Positions 57,733 through 64,000 of a stretch of DNA of 64,000 nucleotides are shown here, piece after piece; the stretch's first letter is position 1, and each line of letters begins with the position of its first letter. The translations under genes and the position numbers were made by a program. The stretch lies in IMG/VR virus record IMGVR_UViG_3300042731_001312, positions 37,110 to 101,109 of that record, one strand, 5' to 3'. Source of the DNA: a virus. The notes under the pieces were generated by a model. The model had not been told where the DNA came from. It searched no databases and saw only the letters and a list, made by a program, of their open reading frames with translations.

Positions 57733-58689
57733 ATGCAATCAATAAATCAACTCTTTACCGAAAAGTATCGGCCTAAAAATTTAGAAGAACTTATTTTACC
57801 TGACACGGTCATGAATAAGTTTAAAGACGGACTAGTACAGAATATGCTATTTGCTGGCTCACCAGGAACAGGTAAGACCTCTACTGCTAAAGCCGTAGTA
57901 AATCAGTTTGGATTACCTTATCTGTACATCAACGCGTCCACAGATACCTCAGTCGAGGTGATTAGAACTAGAATTATAGACTTTTGTTCAACAGTCTCTA
58001 TTATGGATAAACCAGGCACATTTAAAGTGGTAATTCTTGATGAGGTTGATGGAGTATCAGACCAATTCTTCAAGGCTTTGCGTGCTACAATGGAACAATT
58101 TGCATCTAATTCTAGATTCATTGCCACATGTAATTATATCAATAAACTACCAGACCCAATCCTAAGTCGATTCGAAGTTATTAACTTTGACTTTGATAAA
58201 GAAGAAGAGTCTGAATTGACTAAGAAATATATTCGCAGAGTTTATGAGATCTGTAAACAAGAGGGAATGTCAATTGAGAAAGATGCTCTTGTAGAATTTG
58301 TTAGACGTAACTTCCCAGATCTAAGATCTACTTTAAATAAGTTACAAGGATTTAAGACTCAGGGCACTACAAATATTACAGTGGGCGATGTGAAGAAGTT
58401 TAACTCTGTCTATAAAGATGTATTTGAGTTAATCTTTAATGAGACTGATCCTGCTAAGAATTATCAGCTATTAGTAAGTAATTACTCTAATCGTGTTGAT
58501 GATATTTTACAAACGCTAGGTGAAGAGTTTATCGAATATATAAACCAAGAACAATTGCAAAGTGTGAAGCATATCCCACAGATCATTATTTCTGTAGCTA
58601 AACACCAATCGCAAAGAGTTCATGTGATAGATCCCGTAATTACAATGTTGAGTTGCGTGTACGAAATACAAGGCATAATTAGAGGCTAA
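57733..58689 (+). CDS. gp44: Clamp loader AAA+ subunit
   Basis: EKYRP, GSPGTGKTS, INAS, ILDEVD, TCN, LSRF, PDLR. Confidence 0.93.
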   Translation: MQSINQLFTEKYRPKNLEELILPDTVMNKFKDGLVQNMLFAGSPGTGKTSTAKAVVNQFGLPYLYINASTDTSVEVIRTRIIDFCSTVSIMDKPGTFKVVILDEVDGVSDQFFKALRATMEQFASNSRFIATCNYINKLPDPILSRFEVINFDFDKEEESELTKKYIRRVYEICKQEGMSIEKDALVEFVRRNFPDLRSTLNKLQGFKTQGTTNITVGDVKKFNSVYKDVFELIFNETDPAKNYQLLVSNYSNRVDDILQTLGEEFIEYINQEQLQSVKHIPQIIISVAKHQSQRVHVIDPVITMLSCVYEIQGIIRG

Positions 58690-58710
58690 AAATGTGTTAA
58701 ATAATTTTTC

Positions 58711-58738
58711 TATGTCAGATATTTTTATTATATTTGTA
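58711..58738 (+). promoter_or_regulatory. Early-type promoter with Bacteroidota -7 box TAnnTTTG
   Basis: tatgtcagatatttttatTATATTTGta upstream of rnh. Confidence 0.7.
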
Positions 58739-58766
58739 TAGGAAGCATAAGAAATATAAGAAAGAT

Positions 58767-60038
58767 ATGAAAGTGGGAAAACATACATTACTAATCGACG
58801 GCAATTACTTTGTCTTCAGTAGATTATTTGTCTTACCTAAACCTAAAAGAGGCAAGCTATTAGAAGACGATAAACAAAGAGCGCAGTTTATGCGTAAGTT
58901 GGCCATTGACTTTGCATCAGAGATGCGTAAGTTAAAAATGTTTGTAGACGACGTGGTCTTGGCCGTAGATTCCAAGTCATGGCGTAAAGACCTATTTCCA
59001 GCATCAGACTATAAAGGTACTAGAAAACAAAACAATAACGTAGACTGGCCATCAGTCTATGCTGTTTATGAAGAGTTCCAAAAAGTTGTTGCTGCGAAAG
59101 GTGTTACTGTACACCAAATCCAGGGTGCAGAAGCAGATGATGTAATTTTTGGTTGGTCCACAATGCTTAACGCTCGTGGTAAATCATGCATTGTTTGGTC
59201 AGGCGATAGAGACTTAATTCAATTAGTTAATTACTCAGAGACTAATGATGCGCATACAGTTTGGTACTACAATACTAAAAAGACGCTTTATGCGTATAAT
59301 GGATTTGTTGCGGATATGGAAAGATCAGCAACTGAAGATATGTCACAAGATGACTTAATGTTTAATATGGGCGGCCAGTCTATGTTACGCGATAACTACC
59401 AAAGAGACATCATGGAATGGGTTGCTGCTAATAAAATTAGTGTAACCGAAGTTGATTGTGATGAATTTATCTTTAAAAAGATTCTAGTAGGTGATAAGTC
59501 TGATAACATACCGTCAGTAGTAACTTGGCAAAAAGAAATGAAAGGCGGTAAGTTACGTAATTATTCAATTACTGATAAGACAGCAGAAACCATTTGGAAT
59601 CAGTATATTAAAGAATACAATGGATTTACTATCGACTTCTTATTCTCTTCAGAAGCTAAAGATATTTTATCAGATATTATTTACAGAGTAGTCGGTCAAA
59701 CTTCAACAACACTGATTAAGACTAATCTAACTAGTAATATTGCCCTTATGTTGTTACATAATAAAACAATTCCAGATCCAATTCAAAAGGCTATTTATGA
59801 AGCTATTGAAAGAGATTGGGAGGGTGCAATTGAGTCTAAAGAATCTATCATGGAAATGGATAGAATTTTAGAGGGTACTGACTGGTTAGACGGTGCTAAG
59901 AAGGCCAATTTTGCACCGGATCCATTTGCAGGTATGGATATTCCAGAAGAGAAGGAGGCAGCTCCTAAAATGAAGTTAGTTGGAAAGAAAACTCAAACTA
60001 AGACGGAAACTAAAGATAAAACTAAGAAATTGTTTTAA
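58767..60038 (+). CDS. rnh: T4 RNase H-like 5'-3' exonuclease/flap endonuclease
   Basis: LLIDGN, SWRK...YKGTR, EADD, SGDRDLIQL, GDKSDNIP; ends KKLF. Confidence 0.9.
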   Translation: MKVGKHTLLIDGNYFVFSRLFVLPKPKRGKLLEDDKQRAQFMRKLAIDFASEMRKLKMFVDDVVLAVDSKSWRKDLFPASDYKGTRKQNNNVDWPSVYAVYEEFQKVVAAKGVTVHQIQGAEADDVIFGWSTMLNARGKSCIVWSGDRDLIQLVNYSETNDAHTVWYYNTKKTLYAYNGFVADMERSATEDMSQDDLMFNMGGQSMLRDNYQRDIMEWVAANKISVTEVDCDEFIFKKILVGDKSDNIPSVVTWQKEMKGGKLRNYSITDKTAETIWNQYIKEYNGFTIDFLFSSEAKDILSDIIYRVVGQTSTTLIKTNLTSNIALMLLHNKTIPDPIQKAIYEAIERDWEGAIESKESIMEMDRILEGTDWLDGAKKANFAPDPFAGMDIPEEKEAAPKMKLVGKKTQTKTETKDKTKKLF

Positions 60039-60043
60039 CAGAT

Positions 60044-60202
60044 ATGACCCTAGAAGAACACTTATACGTTGAAGAAGTATTAACAGAGGCCAACGCGTAC
60101 GGACTAAAGTCGGAAGTTCAAGAAAGTGCAAACAAATTCTTGAAAGAGGGTTATGGCTACCAGGACGCTTATGCTCTAGCTTTCGCTGAGTGGGTTAAGT
60201 AA
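60044..60202 (+). CDS. 52-aa hypothetical protein (absent from ORF track)
   Basis: MTLEEHLYVEEVLTEANAYGLKSEVQESANKFLKEGYGYQDAYALAFAEWVK fills the gap. Confidence 0.7.
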   Translation: MTLEEHLYVEEVLTEANAYGLKSEVQESANKFLKEGYGYQDAYALAFAEWVK

Positions 60203-60231
60203 ACTTTCCACGTTATTAACATATAATAAAC

Positions 60232-60660
60232 ATGCTAGACGAAACGAAGTTATTTGACTTTGTGAAAATTATGTTCACAAAGCGAGACCAATACAGTAAA
60301 CTAAAAAATCACACAAAGAAGAGGCATCATTTTATGATTAACCGTTTCTTTGCTATTAAATATCCATCAAATGCACAGCTATTTAATATTAATGGTATTA
60401 ATGGCGGTAATGTAGTAGAATGTTGGGCTACTGTTGCATCTAGGTTTAAATCTGTTCCGGGCTGGTTTTATACTAAAACTAAAAAGGCCGCTAAAAATGT
60501 GGCCGATAAATATACTCCAAGCGAACAGGCTTTGCAGATCTATATGGATCGAAACGAAATTGGCCATCGAGAAATTGAAGAGCTAAAGCAATTTGCAAAA
60601 GACGCGCTGTTTGCTGATTTACAAAAAATAGAGCAACAGATAGACGTCTATGCAAAATAA
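60232..60660 (+). CDS. gp62: Clamp loader small subunit (gp62-like)
   Basis: LFDFV, FMINRFFA...AQLFN; size and proximity to gp44. Confidence 0.6.
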   Translation: MLDETKLFDFVKIMFTKRDQYSKLKNHTKKRHHFMINRFFAIKYPSNAQLFNINGINGGNVVECWATVASRFKSVPGWFYTKTKKAAKNVADKYTPSEQALQIYMDRNEIGHREIEELKQFAKDALFADLQKIEQQIDVYAK

Positions 60661-61297
60661 GGGAGATACATTTACTGAGATTATAGACATTACGCTCTAT
60701 AAGTATAACTCTATTGATTTAAAGATCTGGGGCATTATTAATCGTGACTCTAAGACTAGAAAAACCGGAGACAGTAGTATGCTGGTTTCAAAAGATCGAT
60801 TACTAGAATATCTAAAGGTAGCGTTTGGTTCAGATATTAATAGATTTAATGCAGTTTCGGATGTAAATATTCATAAAGAAGCGACTTCAATTTACTTTAT
60901 CTGGCAGATCTTTAAAAGCATGCCAAATTTAAGGTATGTTAGAGTAAATTTAAATACAAACTCTAGCTATAATAGAATTGTTAGCGTCGATCAGGTAAAG
61001 ACCATTAAATATGATATTAAAATCATAAGAGGCTCTGTTAGAATGTTTGACATATTCAATGAACATGAGTTAAGACTTGCTAATAACGTTCTATTAAAGG
61101 CGGGTTTAATTAAGCATGGTGAGAAATTTAAATCATTTAAACTTATGGACTTTTTAAGTGCCCTAGACCTTTATCAGGCTGAAAATAATACAGTTGAGGT
61201 ATTAGGAGTTACTAATGCATTTATCCATGAATTAGAGCAACACGAGCAGGATAATCCAGAAATGCTCTTAATCACCGACTGGGAGTCAGATATATAA
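60650..61297 (+). CDS. Hypothetical protein
   Basis: 215-aa ORF coupled to the gp62-like gene. Confidence 0.65.
   Translation: MQNKGDTFTEIIDITLYKYNSIDLKIWGIINRDSKTRKTGDSSMLVSKDRLLEYLKVAFGSDINRFNAVSDVNIHKEATSIYFIWQIFKSMPNLRYVRVNLNTNSSYNRIVSVDQVKTIKYDIKIIRGSVRMFDIFNEHELRLANNVLLKAGLIKHGEKFKSFKLMDFLSALDLYQAENNTVEVLGVTNAFIHELEQHEQDNPEMLLITDWESDI
61289..61297 (+). promoter_or_regulatory. Late-type promoter (neck gene)
   Basis: GATATATAA overlapping the upstream stop. Confidence 0.75.
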
Positions 61298-61328
61298 TAA
61301 AAAATAGAGGCATTGACCCCTTCAATTA

Positions 61329-63281
61329 ATGGCGGTAACAAACTTTACAGCAAATCAAATCGGAGACTATTTCTTCGCTAAACTACAAGAGCCTTTCTCT
61401 GGTGTAACAAGAGTAACAGGTTGGAATATTTTAGTAGGAGTTAACTCTCCAAATAGCGTAGGTACTTTACAGTTAACCTCGGGTTCCAATGTTATCTATG
61501 GCACTAATGTAAACTGGAATTTAGCGCCGGGCAATAACTTTATCGTAGGTTCTCAAGTTTTCACTGTTGCTGGTATTGACGCATATAGTATTACTACAAC
61601 AGAACCTGCTAACTTTTCTGCAGCTGCGGCAAAATGGTACGAATACCCAGATCAAGATAATTATTTTACCTATGACTTTAGATGGTCCCAAGAAAGTATT
61701 TCTTCAGACGGCGGCCAGATGTCTGAGTTAAGACCTTTAAATAATCAGATTGGGCCTAGAGACTTAATGGGCATGCAATTTGACGCGGATAAACCGCTCT
61801 GGATTGACGTAAAGGCAGAGGTTTATAGATTATCAAGTTTACATAGCTTAAGCCTTTTATCAGTAACTTTTGAACTGGAAACGGCAGAAGGTACAATTCA
61901 ATCATGTCCTAATATTTGTGGCGAATGTGACGACCCGTATGTTGCTGGATGCACTAATATTGTAATCGACTGTACTGACCCAATCTACAACCCATATAAT
62001 TTAAATAAACCGACAGCAATTTATGAAGAGATTAGTGAACTTGCTGCTAATATGTGGGGACATCCAGTACAGTATTTTAGAGTAGAACCTGATCAAAGAT
62101 CTAGAGATGTTATCTTAATGGAGTACTCTCTATATAATGTAAAAGAGCAAGGCGACTTAAAGGTTATCGTTCCAGATAATGCAATGCCAACTAGAGAATT
62201 TACATACGATATTTTTGGTATGGGCTTTGAGGATTTCGAGATCCATATTACAAAAGGCCAAATGGAACAGGCATTCGGTGAAGGTATACTCCCAAGGCCT
62301 AGAGATTATATGTACATTCCAGTTATGAATAGAATGTATGAGGTGAGCTCAGTATCTTTAGCAGATGAGTTTAACCAAACCATGACGTACTGGAGAGTAA
62401 TGCTACAAAAATACGAAGAGCGTAGCTCTAGTATTGTTGAGGATGGAAGTGCAATAGAGCAACAGTTAGATGAACTTTATACTGGCGTTGAAGAAGTATT
62501 CGGAGAAGAAATTCAAGATGAATATGTACAATCTACTAAGCCAGAACAATACCAGACTGTTTTCTCAGAAGTTAGTGATGGTGTTAGAGAGAGAATCCAT
62601 AACGGACTAATTATCTCAGATAAAGAGATTAGAAATAAGTGGACTATTATCGGAAAGAACTCTTATGATTTAGAATCAGTTAAAGATTTAGGTATTGAAT
62701 GTCTGGTCTATGGTAAATATTCTCAATTACAGACATCAGATAATATTGCATTCTCTGCTTGGTTTAAACCTAATTTTACGTCGGCCACTGCAGAACAAAC
62801 AATTATCGATGGATCGAAAGATAATAAGGGTTTAAAACTAACAGTTAATAAAACTCATGTCAAGGCATATATTAATGACTTAGTACTAGAATACCCATTT
62901 GCAACTCAACCCGAAAACGATAACTGGTATGGTTTAGTATTTAATTTAAATAATACACATCTAAATACACATGTATCTGTGTATAAATTAAATCCAGTTA
63001 GTAATGCTATAACTTCTATGGCAGTTTCAGATACTTTAATTGAAGTGCTTGATAATAATTTTGAAATTACAAGTAAACTAGGTTGGGTTACCACTAAAAA
63101 ATGGTCTTTAATGCCTGGTAAAATGGCATTAACCAATATCAGATTATTTACTAAAGTGATCGGTAAAGATCAACATACTAATATTCTACAACAATATATC
63201 GTTAGAGATAACCGACTGGCTCATATTATCGATAACGCTGTTCCGTCTATTCAGTTAAGAAGGTATAACCAAAACAGGTAA
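61329..63281 (+). CDS. Neck protein (gp14-like core) with N-terminal beta domain and C-terminal LamG-like domain
   Basis: MWGHPVQYF, FGMGFEDFEIHI, PRPRDYMYIPVMNRMYEV resemble gp14; FSAWFKP, NWYGLVF, NIRLF resemble LamG. Confidence 0.65.
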   Translation: MAVTNFTANQIGDYFFAKLQEPFSGVTRVTGWNILVGVNSPNSVGTLQLTSGSNVIYGTNVNWNLAPGNNFIVGSQVFTVAGIDAYSITTTEPANFSAAAAKWYEYPDQDNYFTYDFRWSQESISSDGGQMSELRPLNNQIGPRDLMGMQFDADKPLWIDVKAEVYRLSSLHSLSLLSVTFELETAEGTIQSCPNICGECDDPYVAGCTNIVIDCTDPIYNPYNLNKPTAIYEEISELAANMWGHPVQYFRVEPDQRSRDVILMEYSLYNVKEQGDLKVIVPDNAMPTREFTYDIFGMGFEDFEIHITKGQMEQAFGEGILPRPRDYMYIPVMNRMYEVSSVSLADEFNQTMTYWRVMLQKYEERSSSIVEDGSAIEQQLDELYTGVEEVFGEEIQDEYVQSTKPEQYQTVFSEVSDGVRERIHNGLIISDKEIRNKWTIIGKNSYDLESVKDLGIECLVYGKYSQLQTSDNIAFSAWFKPNFTSATAEQTIIDGSKDNKGLKLTVNKTHVKAYINDLVLEYPFATQPENDNWYGLVFNLNNTHLNTHVSVYKLNPVSNAITSMAVSDTLIEVLDNNFEITSKLGWVTTKKWSLMPGKMALTNIRLFTKVIGKDQHTNILQQYIVRDNRLAHIIDNAVPSIQLRRYNQNR

Positions 63282-63339
63282 TTATTCCAAATTCTAATCT
63301 AGGATAATTTTCTAGATATATAGAATATAATATCATATT

Positions 63340-63993
63340 ATGAGTGAGAAGAAAAAGACAATAGCTGAGCAGGCAGATGATATTAGGAAAGAGTTAGACG
63401 ATTTAATCGGAGATAGTCCGCTAAACGTAGAGAACGATCCTAAAGATTTACCTATTCAGTCAAAACCAACGGCATTAGCTCCGATGGTTAACTATACAGA
63501 ATTAAAAGCAGGTGCAACTAAAAAGGCACAAAAAACCATTACTTCTCTGATGAAATTTTATCTGGATGCAGATATTATTGAGAAGGATGAGTATATTAAA
63601 GCTAAGAAGCAAATGGATGAGATGACAATGTCTTCTCTAATTTATCAATTGCAAGCAGGTGAAAGAGCCCTAACTACTCTATTAGAAACTATCGACTCAG
63701 GTGAATTAGCACCTAGAATGTTTGAAGTACTAGCAACTTTACAGAAGTCAATGTTAGATATTATCAAATCTCAGACCATGTATCTGATGGCTGCAGAAGA
63801 AGGTACTAAAAGAATTGCTAGAGATATAGAGATCTATCAACAGAGACAGAATCAAACTGAGATTGAAGGAGCAGGTGGAGATACTAGTAATAAAAATATC
63901 CAAAGAGGTACAAAAGACTTAATGGCCGCTATCCGCGCAGGTATCGATGGTGCAAACGCGGACATTGAAGATGTTGAACCAACAGAAGAATAA
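63340..63993 (+). CDS. Probable terminase small subunit (gp16-like)
   Basis: LLETIDSGELAPRMFEVLATL...RGTKDLM resembles gp16 PR..EV...L and GST.DL; next ATG overlaps the stop at 63993. Confidence 0.6.
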   Translation: MSEKKKTIAEQADDIRKELDDLIGDSPLNVENDPKDLPIQSKPTALAPMVNYTELKAGATKKAQKTITSLMKFYLDADIIEKDEYIKAKKQMDEMTMSSLIYQLQAGERALTTLLETIDSGELAPRMFEVLATLQKSMLDIIKSQTMYLMAAEEGTKRIARDIEIYQQRQNQTEIEGAGGDTSNKNIQRGTKDLMAAIRAGIDGANADIEDVEPTEE

Positions 63994-64000
63994 TGTCAGA

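Noticed and set aside
4028-63136. Other short alternative-frame and antisense ORFs in the track
   Set aside because: Nested in well-supported genes, without promoter motifs or recognisable domains.
1-64000. Stop-codon reassignment, as in some Bacteroidota jumbo and crAss-like phages
   Set aside because: Core genes are full length and densely packed in the standard code, and TAG terminates the ORF ending at 27436.

Overview
This AT-rich 64 kb window (roughly 35% GC by eye, almost all + strand) is core genome of a large, highly diverged T4-like myovirus. It carries recognisable T4-type replication and recombination genes: gp32, gp61, uvsY, uvsW, uvsX, gp41, gp46/47, gp44/62, gp45, RNase H and a RuvC-like resolvase. 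The DNA polymerase is split into two genes 4.1 kb apart. Also present are class I ribonucleotide reductase, late transcription genes (gp55, probable gp33) and morphogenesis genes (gp3, gp15, gp14, gp4, gp2, gp20, a fused gp21-gp22, gp23, probable gp16). A Bacteroidota host is suggested by TAnnTTTG-like early promoters, A-rich leaders without Shine-Dalgarno sequences and a BACON-like domain. The most notable items are: (1) a probable DNA hypermodification cassette (DUF6378-like, SGNH-like, aGPT-Pplase-like helical protein, PLP enzyme, dimeric dUTPase/dCTPase, FkbM) directly upstream of the split polymerase, one member sharing a C-terminal xxLF tail with likely clamp clients; (2) a 9 kb late block of proteins with T4-like capsid-targeting sequences and repeated prohead-protease sites, including two ligase-fold enzymes and a HIGH nucleotidyltransferase; (3) three promoter classes readable directly from the sequence; (4) an orphan middle-type promoter firing into a purine-rich tract, a candidate R-loop origin. 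No tRNA, rRNA, CRISPR array, intron or intein was seen. All family calls are by-eye motif recognition, not database results.
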